DNA of 64,000 bases from Lama glama (taxonomy: Eukaryota). The stretch is from assembly GCA_028534125.1 (NCBI GenBank), contig CM052817.1, positions 4,156,001 to 4,220,000 on the forward strand, given 5' to 3'. The position numbers and the translations under genes were made by a program. The notes beneath the pieces are model-generated. The model saw only the letters and a list, made by a program, of their open reading frames with translations. It did not search any database and was not told the origin of the DNA. Positions 11,016 to 23,199 of the stretch are shown in pieces. The stretch's first letter is position 1. Each line of letters opens with the position of its first letter.

Positions 11016-13440
11016 TGAGTGCTGGAGGAGGCGGCTGGGACTAACACAGAGGGCTTTCCAAACACGCCTTCTGCTGTAAGACATCGCATAGCCCCAGGCC
11101 TGGGAGGGAGAAAGCTGCAGCCCACCTGGCCGGGCCCCACTCACCACACAGTGCCTGCTCCTTGTGCGCTGCCCGCCTCCGAAAGAAGCCTCAGAAAGTC
11201 TTGGAGCTCTGGGAGGCTGTTTGTCCTCATCTGCCTCGTAAACATACCTCTGGAAGGAGCACTGAGATTCTGAGACTCTCCTAATCAGGGGGCTGGGCGT
11301 GTCCTCTTGTCCCACTTGCCTCGGTCTCTCTAGCATGGTCACAAGAAGCTATTACCCAGTGTCTACTTGCATACCTCCAGGGATGGGGACCTCAGTGCCT
11401 AACAGCAAGTTCATTTCTTGTTTGAATGATGCAGACCACAGAAGGCTTTCCTTCCAATCAATGGGACTCTGCCTCCCTGTGGCTTTTGCCATTCTGCCAG
11501 GTGTGGCCTGATGACTGTAGAGGGGGTAGCGCTATGACCCTCCCCCCTTGAGGGACATTACACTTCTATTCAATCACTGCTCAAACCAACATCAGCAGGG
11601 TCTTAACTCTGCAGGGTCGTGGGCGGGACACTGGTGGTAGAGAGATGAATCAGACTCAGCCCCAAGCTACCCTATCTACGACTGTTCTCCGTCCATTAGT
11701 GACACCTGTCTCACCTTTCCTGTCCTACCAAATCTGACTTACCCTTCAAGATCAATCCAGAATATTTATCTCCTTGAGAATTTTTCTCTGATGCCCCGGG
11801 CTGGCTAGGGTGCTCCCACACTGGGTTAGGTGCCACCTGGAGTCTTCCAGCCCCTGGCACAGACCTCTGTCCCCAGCACCCCTCTCCCTAGATTGTATGT
11901 GTTCAGTTTAGGGTCTTGATCCCCTAGACTGTGAACTCCCTGAAGGCAGGGACTTGGACTCAACTCCAGCCACAGAGGCTGGCACTGGCTGGTGTAATCC
12001 AGGTACAATTATTGTGTACATGTATGTGTGTGTGCGGCCACAGTTCACTCTAAGAATACTTGTCAGTTAATTAATATTCACGGTCATTATTTACTTTATG
12101 CCCCTGGTAATTTGAAATAATCATATTATTAAGTAAAAAAATTTTAAAAGCATTGATGTGTTGGATGGTCCTAATAAAGTATGGAGCTGACAGTCCCTTA
12201 CATAGTCTCTCTCCTCTGGCTTTGGGACCCTCTTTCTATCTGACATGTGGTACATGACCTCTGTCCCATTCCTGAAGGGACTTGAGTCCACCAAGGGGAC
12301 AGCTGATAATGCTATAAGGTAAGGCTTTTAAAACTAAGATTTGGATGAGCTCCAGGCTTGGCAGCTGGGTAGGGAGAGAGCGAAATATTCCTGAAATCGT
12401 GAAAATAGCTCAGAGACTCCCTGAATCCTTGGATCAGAGGTTCTGCCTCTCACTGTCTCATACAAGCTGCATGTAATCACCATGCTTATTTCAAAGCCAA
12501 TGATAATTTTTGTCTTAGCCACTCAGACTGGAATGTTAGCGGCTTACGCCATTGTAACAAGTGGGGACTAACCCTAACCATCCTCACCCAACTTAACCAT
12601 GGTAGTTCTGCTTTGATGTGTTTTATAGCTCAGCAGGTGCGAGGTAGGGGCATTTCTTCCCCACTCACGATGTTTCCTTCTGTAAGGAGGGAGCTTAGTC
12701 CACTGGCCTCTCCTACACCACCCTCCCTTCCACGTGGGATAAGGGGCTCATCTGAGAGGTAATTGGGAGCCAGAAATAGGATGCTAGGTGAGGTCTCACC
12801 TCTCTCCTCCCCACAAGGAGCCGGCAGACTCCAGTCTGCTCTTGGCCACAGACAGGGGCCTGCCTAGACAGCCGGGAGCTGTCCAGTTGTCTGACTGGCT
12901 ACTGGATCTATTGCCCAAGGGGTTGCAAAACTGAGTAGAAAAGGAAGGAATGTTAGGATTTATCTGTAATAGTTCATTTGAACCAAGGGTTTTCTATAGC
13001 AAAAATTTAAGTGCAGAGGTTTAAGGAAGTTCATCTAGAAGTCTTGGCATTTGACCCAAAGAAATGACACTCTGGGAGGCAGCAGGCTGTTCTGGAAAAA
13101 GTATGGGATTTGGTGTCAGACATCCTTAGGAGAGTGGGAGGGCTTCCTGTAGGAGGTAATGCTGAAGGGGGCATGGCTTGATCAGTGTGACTAGAATGTA
13201 GTGGGGGTGGCAGAAATTGACACTGGACATACATGTTAAAAAGCATGACTGCATCCCCCAAGTTAGTGTTTCTTCTCTTGTGACCCCAGAACATACTTCC
13301 ATAGGAGGTTAACAGGAGCTTTGTGAAAAAGGGGTTCCATGGTGGAATGATTCCGAGAGGCCTTCACACGAGAGCTGACACTCAGAGACTCTCATGCCCC
13401 AGAGTGCTTTGCTCTCTCTCCCTCCAGATCTCATTCCAGG

Positions 13441-13588
13441 AACTATATTCAATGTCCTGCAAAGCCCTATAATGAAAAAGAATATAAAAAGGAATATTTA
13501 TACATATACAACTTAGTCACTATGCTGCACACCAGAAATTAAGACATTGGAAACTCTACTTCAATAAAAAATAAATAAATAAATAAAA
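13441..13588 (+). mobile_element. Short L1 3' end with (AAAT)n tail
   Basis: aactatattcaat...ctatgctgcacaccagaaatt...cttcaataaaaaataaataaat. Confidence 0.75.
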
Positions 13589-13640
13589 GGAAAGCAGCAT
13601 GAAGTTTCAGGAACTAGGTTCCTGGAGGGTGAGGCCAGGC

Positions 13641-13661
13641 CTCAGCACGGGGGACAGAGCC
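13641..13661 (+). promoter_or_regulatory. Near-canonical REST/NRSF RE1 element
   Basis: CTCAGCACG-GG-GGACAGAGCC versus consensus TTCAGCACC-NN-GGACAGCGCC: canonical 2-bp spacer, one mismatch at a conserved position. Confidence 0.5.
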
Positions 13662-16442
13662 TTAACAGGTGAGCTTGACTGGCGCTCAGCCTGGGTTCCC
13701 ATCTCAGCTCTGCCACTTACCTGTTGTGTGGCATGTAATTATAAATAATTGCAATAATGTATTACAGGGGATAAAGGTTACAGAATGACAGCTTGGACGC
13801 CCCTGCATTTAGGTGTCTGCATTCTGTTTAAACTGTTTCAGCTTTCCAGTTTTCTTAACTCACTCCCAGATATGCCCATTTCATCCTTCCCAGGGCTGGA
13901 AGATACAAAGTTGGTCAGTGGCCCAGCAGGTTGGCTGGGTGGGGATCTGGCACTGCCAGAGCCAGGCCACATGCACTGGGGACCAAAGACAGAAGAGGTC
14001 AGGGCAGTGTATGGGGACTTAAGGAACAGGGGACAGGAAGGTAGAGCTCGGGCCAGACAAAGGCAAAGAGCCAGGCTAGTAGCCACATGTGTTAGTGAGA
14101 GAATGCTCCAGAGCACCTAGCAAGGTACCAGGCATGCAGTAGGTGCACAATAAAAGACAAGCTCCCTTGCTCACTCCTATGCTGATCCCTGGAGTCTGGA
14201 AGTGAGGGACAAGCCTTTCAGGACCCTGGAGAGCTCTCAGGCGCTGAGGTCAGCTCCGACGTGTAATAAAAGCTGAAACCATGTCTACAGTGCAGCTCAC
14301 CAAGAACTTTCCAACACACATGTCTCTGAACTTGGCTCACATTCCCCAGTAAAAGCAAATATTTTAATCTTCCCATGCCACAGGAAGACACTCAGAAAGG
14401 TGATGTGACTTGACCGGTGAGTGGCGGTGCCAAGCCAAGAGCTGGAGCACACTGCAGTTTCTGTAAGAGCCATGCCGTCTGGGGGAGACCCCACAGCTGC
14501 CTGGAGTCACATGGGATGTGGACCAGGCCACCTCTGCCCTGCTTCACAGCAGCCACCTCCTGTCTTCCTGTTCAGCTTCTCTGCTGTAGCACGGGGTGGG
14601 GAGGGTGTTTGTTGGTTTTTAATCGGAGGAAACACTTCAATATATTTGCTGTACTTCTCTATATTCTAGTTTTATAAGTCAAACTCAAAATAAATGTGTT
14701 TATCATTTTACTGCCATCCTTGGCCCTTTGTTTCAGCTTCTTTATTAAAAGAAAATCCTTCTTGAGCGTTTTCTTCGTTTGCCCAGAAACCATAGTGACT
14801 GAGACAAAGGCACTTGGGGAGGCTGCAGGGATATTTTCCTCTGAAGCTTTTTGTTCTCGCTGAATTTCTCACACAGGATTTATACCAAATTGACATTGCC
14901 CTAAATAGAGCCACGTACACAGTGAGCTGATCATTAGCACAGGGTGTTACTACGTGGAGAACATTTTCCGCACACTTGAGCACATTAGTTTAAAAGGAAA
15001 AGCAGAAGTAGAACATGACTGAGCAAGGAAAGACTGATCACAGAAAAGCCCAGTCAGCAGCAGAGCAGAAAATCAACTTGTTGGCAAAATTCAAGGGGAA
15101 AAATCCATTTCAATAGGATTCTTGACCAGCACAGACCTTTCATGTTCAGATTGCAACAGACGGTGAATTTTGAATATCTGGTTTTACACACTGAATGTCC
15201 TTCTACAAAGAAAATGTCCAGTGGGGTCAGTGGGGTGTAGCAGAAGGTACGAGGGGCTTGAGCGACAGATATGGACTGACTCCCTGGCTCTGGTACACTG
15301 TGAATCTGAGCCCCAACCCTAACCTCTGCAGCTACTAACTGTGACACAACAAAAGGCAGCACTGGGGTGGGTGAGCTGATGTTGGTAAGGAAGGGTCCAG
15401 CACGGTCCCAGCACAGAGCAGGGCTCAATGCACTTATCTTCCTTCTCTTTATCAGGAAGGGAAAAAACTGAAGAACATACCAACGAACAAGATTCTACAA
15501 TGCAACTGAGAAGATCTCAAGGAGAAAAATATTTTAGTTTACGCAACTAATCACATCAATCATTTGGGAACCAGACCAAAGCTTAGATGATGATTACAAT
15601 CACAGGAAGAGAATCTTGGCCCCAAATCCCCCAGCAAAGTCCAGGTCCTGGCTATTTACACACAGGTAGGAGCTTTGCTGAGGGGTAGGCAGCACCCCCA
15701 CCACATCTGAATGCTGAGGATGTTTATTACAAGATGTTACATGCATCACATGTTCTAGACACCACGAGAAAAGTTAAACGGTTCAAGTCTGGCTTCCCAC
15801 CTTTAGATATCATGGTCCTGACTTAAATAAAAATTCTGGTTCATTTATTTCTGAAATACACTAACACTGTAAAAGGAGTACTTCTCTGTTTTTTTAAATA
15901 GGACTATTAGACCTCATGGCACTCCTTTGTTTAGTTTCTCATCTCAGCTCTAACCAGGTTTGCAGACTAGAAGCCAAAGGGAAAGTTCATGACTCTGAGC
16001 GCGGTGAAGGGTGGTATTTAAAGCATGAATTCAGGAATAAGACTGTCCAGACTCGAGCCCCAATGACTCAATGTACCGACCCTAAAACCTCGATTACATG
16101 ACCTAACCTCCCTGTGCTTCAGTGTCCTCCTCCGTACAAAGGAGATACCAGCTCCTACCCTACCAGCCACGAGGATTAAAGAGCTGGGACAGGTGCCCAG
16201 CTGTTAGGGGAGCTGCTGTTGTTACTTATGTCAGCCCTCTTGTATTGTAATCCTGCTCCACTGCCTTCCACACCTGCTACCTCGGGAAGTCATAAGACCT
16301 TTCTGAGTCCACCTCCACCTGGCAAGTGGGGCTGACTTGCTAAGAAGGTCGTTGGGGAAAATCTATACAAAGGGAAATGCTGCTATGCACCTTGGCTCTA
16401 AGAGATAAAAAGGCCCTGAGTTAAGCTCATCACACATTTCCC

Positions 16443-16942
16443 TGTGGCACAGAAGACACTGCCAGTCCTCTCCCCAGTATCCATTTTGCCCTTCTTCATT
16501 AAGAATTGAATCCTGACTTTCTGCTGGGCAAGGCTACCTGGAATAAGTATGTTTCTCAGCCTCCCTTGTAGCCAGGTGGGGCCATGTGACTAAGTTCTGG
16601 CCATTAAAAGTAAACTATAATATGCAACTTCCGGAACATATTCATGAAAGGGAGAAGTCTTTTTTTAAACCTCTTCCTTCTTCAGGCTGGTTGGAATGCA
16701 GGCATGAGGACTGGTGCTCAAGCAGCCACCTTGGACCATGAGGCAGCATGCTAAAATTAGCAGAGCAATGAGATGGAAGGAGTCTGGGTCCCTACTGATT
16801 GTGATATCTCCACACCAGTCCTGAACCACCTACCTTCAGGCATCATTCACATGAGAATGAAACAAACCTCTATCTTGTCTTAATCACTATTATTTGGGGA
16901 GGTTTTTGTCATGTGCAGCTGAGCCTGATCCTAACTGATACA
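16443..16942 (+). mobile_element. MaLR LTR (MLT1J-like), near full length
   Basis: TG...CA ends; ggccatgtgactaagttctggcc, gcagccaccttggaccatgagg and the terminal cctaactgataca motifs. Confidence 0.8.
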
Positions 16943-17039
16943 GAGGGTTACTGCTTCTTTTTGGTATTTCTTATCAGTCTTGCTCATGTCTCAAGGAACT
17001 TTTACAACAATAAGGTAAAAAGGAAAGAACTTTTCTTGT

Positions 17040-17620
17040 GTACCTATTAGGGACCAGATCTTTTGGTAAGAGTTATTTAGTCTTCAGAAATTCCTTTAAA
17101 GTGAGGCAATGTTATCCCCGTTTTATCAAGAAGGAACTGAGGCTCAAAGGGTTAACATGCCTTGCACAAAGTGTCACAGCTAGAAGGTGGCAAAGCTGGG
17201 GTTCCAATACCGATCTGTACTCTTCCAAAGCCCAACTTCCCGCTGAGCTGCCACTGTGCCCTCCCCTCCTCACCAGCTGCTTTTCCCACACAGACAATAG
17301 ACTGGGGTCGTCCATCCTCCCCCAGGTGAGAAGTGCTCACCTCACCAGAGAACCTCCCCCAGGAACCCCACGTTTCCTGGAATGTTAGGTCCAGGAGCCA
17401 GACTCTTTGAGATCAAATCCTGCTTTGTCATTTACCAAGTGACCCTTGACTTACCCTTGACGGGCAAGTTCCTTGACTTCTCTGCACCTCCACTTTATTC
17501 CCATTGAAAAATGGGGATAAAAATACCAACTTTGCTGGGCTGAGAGGATTTGAAGAGACAAGGCACAGGAGTGCCAGCCCAGAGCTTGGAGCACAGAACA
17601 TGCTAAACACACGGCTCTAA
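17040..17620. mobile_element. Two oppositely oriented MIR SINEs
   Basis: MIR cores at ~17110-17230 and ~17390-17620. Confidence 0.65.
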
Positions 17621-20600
17621 TCACATATGTTATGATGCCAATGCAGCCCGTGAGGCCCTCCGTGCCTGGCCTGGACCACATTTGCCTTTGGCTCCTCCAA
17701 GTCCTGCTCCTTCGGGTCCCCCAGGTCAGCCAACACAATGTGCTGCATGGGCTGAGACATCAGGTCCCAGCAGCGGGTCTGGATTATGAAGCTCCCAGGT
17801 AGTAAGCCGCCTGTCACATTCAGAGGCGGGAGAAGGGATTCTTCTGGCATAAAAACAGGAAGAAATGGCCACATAAGGTCAGAGATATTGAAATCACCAC
17901 TTCTCCTAGAGTCCGTCCAGCACAGGCACTCTGCGATGTGACATTTGTATTTTCAAATGCCTACAAGTGACAGCAAATGCCTGGGAACTGAGTAGGTGGT
18001 CATTTCTCTGGGGCACGAATGGTAACTACATGGTGGGGGGGGTGATGCACAAAATAAGTTGCTCCCCAGTGAGGAGGACAATTGAGAGCCGAGGGCCGTC
18101 CCTCAAGCCCTGCTCTGTTGGACCTGGCTCACAGCCACTTGCCCAGAGAACATCATGGTTAGAAGCGTGGGCTCTGGACCCAGACCATCAGGGTTCCAGT
18201 TCCCATGAGTTAGCTTCATGTCATCAACAATACATTTGACCTGCAGGTACCACAGCTTCCTCTCCACACGTTAGGGCTAACTTCAAACTGACTTCACAGA
18301 GTTGTTGAAAGCCCTATTCACGCTACAGGTATTAACAAGAAGCCTACTAATGCTTGGCACAACACACAACAGTATGCAGAAGATATCCAGTCCCCCTGGA
18401 ATTTACACTCTGAGGCTGGGGGATTAGACTAAAACTTGTAGAGCCCTCAGAGCAGCAAATAGCTCTTGGTAGGTGCTCGGTAATGTCACCGTTAATTTAG
18501 TGGCATTTTAAATTAGTGCATTTACAGAAATCTACCCTTTGAGAATGTTGAGAATGTTGACTGTGGTCAAGTCATCCCCCATGAAGGAGGCAGGATGGTA
18601 ATTATGATCCCATTTTACAGATGGTAGGGAGGTGGGAATGGGACACTGCATAGCTCAGATCTATTAGATGCATGCTCGATCATACCTTCTCCTACCCCCC
18701 CCACACACGCACACACACGCACATGCGCCTGTCTCTAGATGGGGAAACTGAGGTGCAGGAAAGCTGAGGGATTCCAGAGAATCACTAGACTCACACAGGT
18801 GGGAAAGGCCAGGTAAGGTCTTGAACCCAGGTCTCTTGAATGCCAGCCCAGGGGTCTGTCCTCCTCCTCCAATTTGCCTGGGCTGTGGTTTCTCACTCAG
18901 AGGGGGAGGTAACAACTTTCAAGTTACCATCCTCAAGTGTGACCCCATCAGTATCCTGTTAAGTATTATTTATGCCCCCTGCCAAACAGCTCCAAACACT
19001 GACTTGTCTGAGAGTGAGAAAAGGCAGGAAAAAATCCACTGACCTTCCCCTCAGCTTCCTGGGAAAAGGAAATGTGCCAAATAGTGATGACAAAACCTAG
19101 AGTTCTAGAATTTTCCTTGGCCTGTGTCCACATGGCCAAGCCTGGTTCATGCCTTGTAATCCATCACTAGGACTGTTCTTATGTTTTAAATGGTATTTTT
19201 GTTTTGAATTACAAGTCGTGAGTATGGCTCAGAACTTGGGGATACTCACAGCTGATGGTAAAAGGTAGATAGAGCTCCTCCCTGGTCCTCTAGCACCCAG
19301 TCCCCTCCCTGGAGGCAACCGGCTAGGGGGCTCTTCACTCACCCTTCCAGAGCTAGTCTGCGCCTTTACAAATTTTTCTGTCCCCCACACAATGGCAAGC
19401 TAGTTGCATTGCACTTAATTTACTTCTTTCATTGACTATGTCTTTGGGTTCTTTCTGTACTAGCCCACTTAGAATCACTGCATTTTTTAGTGAAGGGGAC
19501 ACTGAATTCCTCTGTGTGGATGGGCCACAGCGCATTTAGCAGCCCCTAGTAACAGACGTAGATTATCGCTGGTCTTGCACACACAGCATTTCATGCAGGT
19601 AGTGGGCTCCCTAGAAAGTGAGTTGCTGGATCAAAGGGCATGTGTGTTTGTAAGTCAGATGGACCCTGGCTGGCACACACCCCTCCATGGGGCTAGACCA
19701 ATTTCATGCTCACCAGCTGCATAGGACTCACCTTCCTCCCAGGAATCCTTGCCTCTCAGATCACAGGCAAGAGTCCCACAACCTTCCTCTGTGTTCACAT
19801 CCCTCTCTGGCTCCCCTTGACTTCAGCATGAAGTCCAGGCCCCCTAACCTGGTAGTTGAAGCTGGTCCCTAATATCTTGTCCAGCCTCACACTCATCCAA
19901 CTGATATAACTGGCTTCAAAAGGTGGTGATCAAAACAGATGATAAATCAGACCCTTTATGCCTATCACCGCATTTAATCTTCAGCATGACTCTGATTACC
20001 ATGGTGACATCCGCAGGTGGAGAAAGAAGTTCAGAGAGGTCAGTGACCTTCCCAAGCGTCTGCAGCAAGGCAGGGCAGATGGGACCAAACCTTCGGTTGC
20101 CTACTCTTTCTGTCTACCCAGCCATTGCAGCAAAAAGCAGAAATCCTCTTGTATCCAGTACAGCCCAACTTCAGACGCCCTCACTCAACTGGGCTTAGCC
20201 CCAAATCTCCCCTGGCTTGGCTCCCCCCTTTCCCAAGTGTCCACACACAGCAAGGAGGAGACCATTTGAGGGACAATTCTCAGCTGATTGATTCATTCAG
20301 TGGACAGACTTTAGGACCAGGGTCAGAGAGTGCTGGGCCCCAGACAGCAGCTGCAGAAATAGCAGTGGCTGACAATGCAGCCTGCAGGGAGCTCTAGGTC
20401 AACACCAAGTCCTAGTTTCTTGGAGGGCAAAAGCCATGGTGATTGCTTTGCCTAATACTGAGGCTCTGGAATGTTCTATGACTTGCTCAAGATCTCCAAT
20501 CCAGAGACAACTGGTGCCTGCTCTGGGGCCCTGGTCTCTCCACTGGATGGAAAGTGCAGTGGTCACTCCTATGCCTCAGTTAGAAGGTACGGCCTCAGAG

Positions 20601-21039
20601 CCAGCTCTGCCACCTGTTAACCACGTCATCTCTCAGTCCTCAGTTTTCTCAGTTGTAAGATGGGGCATGGTTTTTGCAGTGTCTGGCTCCCAGGAAGGAG
20701 GCTGTAGCCAAGAACCACTGGTATTCTAATGTCAGCAAAGTCTGCATTGGAACGTGAGAACACAGTCTTCAAGTGCAACTTTAGGCCCAAATGCCACCTG
20801 CCCTCAAGTAACAGAAACACACTAGCCAGGAACAAATTACAGGAATTTTCACTAAATTATCATACAAGGTCAGGAAGCAGAATTTTCCGCATAAAGAAAG
20901 GTTCTAGACAGAGATCTGAATATTTCCAGTGTCAATTTCAAGATCTGCACGGTTGACGCTGAACTTCTGACACCCACCGACCCGGGCTTGAATCCTGGTT
21001 ATGCCCTAACGCCTTCAAGTCACTGAATGCCATGTGTCT

Positions 21040-21960
21040 CACTGTGGAGCTGAGACAGTCCCCGCCCCAGGTCGCTGTGGGCGTTACATGGGACAGCTGA
21101 CTCCGAGTTCGCTGAGCCAGGGGCCCAAGTACCCCACAACGCTACAGCTCTTAAGACCAGAGTCGCCCGCTGTAGTCGCCAGCGTTGGCCGGTGACTACA
21201 GCGGCGGGCAGGAATCCCAGGCCGGCTGGGGAGGCCGGGCCGCACTTCCTTCAGCACTGGTGGCCACGGACAGCGCCAGGCCCGCTCGAGCCGCGTGGAG
21301 AGGTCATTCGCCCCAGGGCGGGGACAGCGGTGGGTAGAGGGGCGGGCAGATGGCACTTGCGCCGAGGGACGAGCGGGAAGCAGACCGGCCCGGGCACAGG
21401 CCCGAGTCACGTGCCAGGACCTGGGCACCGCCCCCGGCGTTAGCACCTGCGCCGCGGGGCTGGGCTGCACACGAGGGTGCCCACCCGGTCCCGAGGACGA
21501 CCAGGATACTCCCGTGGAGCGGGGCGCGCGCGACAGAGGGGAAGGCCTGCAAGTCCAGACACTGATCCGCAGCCTGGACGCTGCCCTGCTGCATGTCGCC
21601 CGCCTGCCCGGGGCCGCCGCCCCGCGCCCTGTGTTCGGCTTCCGCTCCGCCCCGCCCCGCGCGCCGTGGGCGGGCCCTCTGGAGCCTTCGCTCCCCGCGC
21701 GGCTGCAGGTATCCCGGGCGCTGGCTTAGTCCGCCCTGGACCGGGTCGTGCCCCCGGGACTTAGGCAGGGGCTTGCGGCGAGAGTGCCCCCGCGCAGAGC
21801 GCTCCCGGCTCCATGTTTTCCGAGTAGCCAGGGACTGGGCGGGGCCAGAGCGGGAGGGGCGGAGAAGTGGGCGGGGTGGCGGACGGGGCGGCCCGGTCCT
21901 CTGGCGCAGCGGGTTCCTCCACCCGCCCCCTCGGTTACATAAGTGTGCATATTTATACGT
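21040..21960. promoter_or_regulatory. CpG island (orphan; promoter/enhancer-like)
   Basis: Very high GC and CpG density, multiple GC boxes (GGGGCGG/CCGCCCC), E-box GTCACGTG 21406-21413, D-box TTACATAA 21935-21942. Confidence 0.85.
21250..21277 (+). promoter_or_regulatory. Non-canonical (9-bp spacer) REST RE1 element
   Basis: Left half TTCAGCACT 21250-21258, spacer GGTGGCCAC, perfect right half GGACAGCGCC 21268-21277. Confidence 0.65.
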
Positions 21961-22304
21961 CTCCGTATTTTCACATCACACAGGAATAAATAATACCATT
22001 TAGCACTGTGGCGAAATCAGACAATTCAGAGCAGCCCTTCTCCCGGAATCCACCATCTGAAAGCCAACCACCTGTTAACCATTGGAGTGCCTCTTTTACA
22101 TTCAAAGAATACAAAATATACTTTCAAAGATAATTCTAAACATTTAAAAATAGCCACAAGCTCCACCCACCTTTCCAATGGCAACAGCAACACTTCCGTG
22201 TTCACATATCCCCTTCCAGTTTGTGGTGGGTGACCCGAAGGCAATCATGGACTTATTTAACACACTGTGTGTAATTTTTAGGTTGCCTACAAGAAGCCAC
22301 GGTT

Positions 22305-22790
22305 CCCGGAGCCAGACGGTCAGTGTTCACCAGTCTATCCCTGCTAGGTGACCTTAGGCTGGTTCTTCACCTCTCTGGGCCTCACTCTTTTCATCTGTGA
22401 AGTGGGGATAATAATAGTGCCTATTAGATAGGACGGTTGTAGGATAAATGAGTTAATACTTCTAAAGTACATGTTGGATTTCTGAGGTCTTATGCATGTA
22501 TCAAGGGTAATAAGCAATAACTGTAAAAACATAATTTGGTCTTTTCATACTCCCCAAAGCTCCCCATTCCATTGCCTTGTTTTTAGTTTTCACCAACCAA
22601 TGGCTTCAACAAATAAGTCACTAAAACTCTCTGTTCCTCAGTTTCTTCCTCTATAGAATAAAGATAGTATTAATAGCATCACAGGGATGTTTGAGGATTA
22701 AATGAGATGCTATGAGAGATAAATGAGATTTGTTGAGTGCCACACCTGGTATGTATTTTGTGGCTAATGTCATGAATAGCTGCTCCTACC
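22305..22790. mobile_element. Two MIR SINEs
   Basis: cacctctctgggcctcactcttttcatctgtgaagtggggataataatag and ctctctgttcctcagtttcttcctctatagaat cores. Confidence 0.75.
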
Positions 22791-23199
22791 ACTGGTGTCC
22801 ATGCTTACAAGGAAGTCAGTGCTGAGCCAACCTGGGCTGGGACTCCAGAGCAGGAAAGGAACCCAGAGATTTTGCGTGTCAGGCCTTCCTTTGCCAGTGG
22901 AGGAAACTGAGTTCTGGAGAGGGGAAAGTGGCTTATGCAAGTGAAGCTCCTTCTACCTCTCCACACAGCTGCTCAACTCAGTCTTATCCCTGAAGGAAGA
23001 GAGGCAGATAAGGGAACTCTGAGATACCTCGCTTCCTGCCTGGAGGGTCTTCCTCAACTGTGATGGAAGAAAGTGCAACCAAAGCAGAGTGTGCATTTGC
23101 TGAGCTGGGGAGCGAGAGAGAAAGCAGGGAAACCAAGCGGCTGGGACTTGAAACGCAGAGAACCAGACATGAGAAGACTGCAGAGAAAACTCGAGGACT

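Noticed and set aside
21084..22003. Overlapping ORFs in the first CpG island
   Set aside because: Same GC artefact; no recognisable domain.
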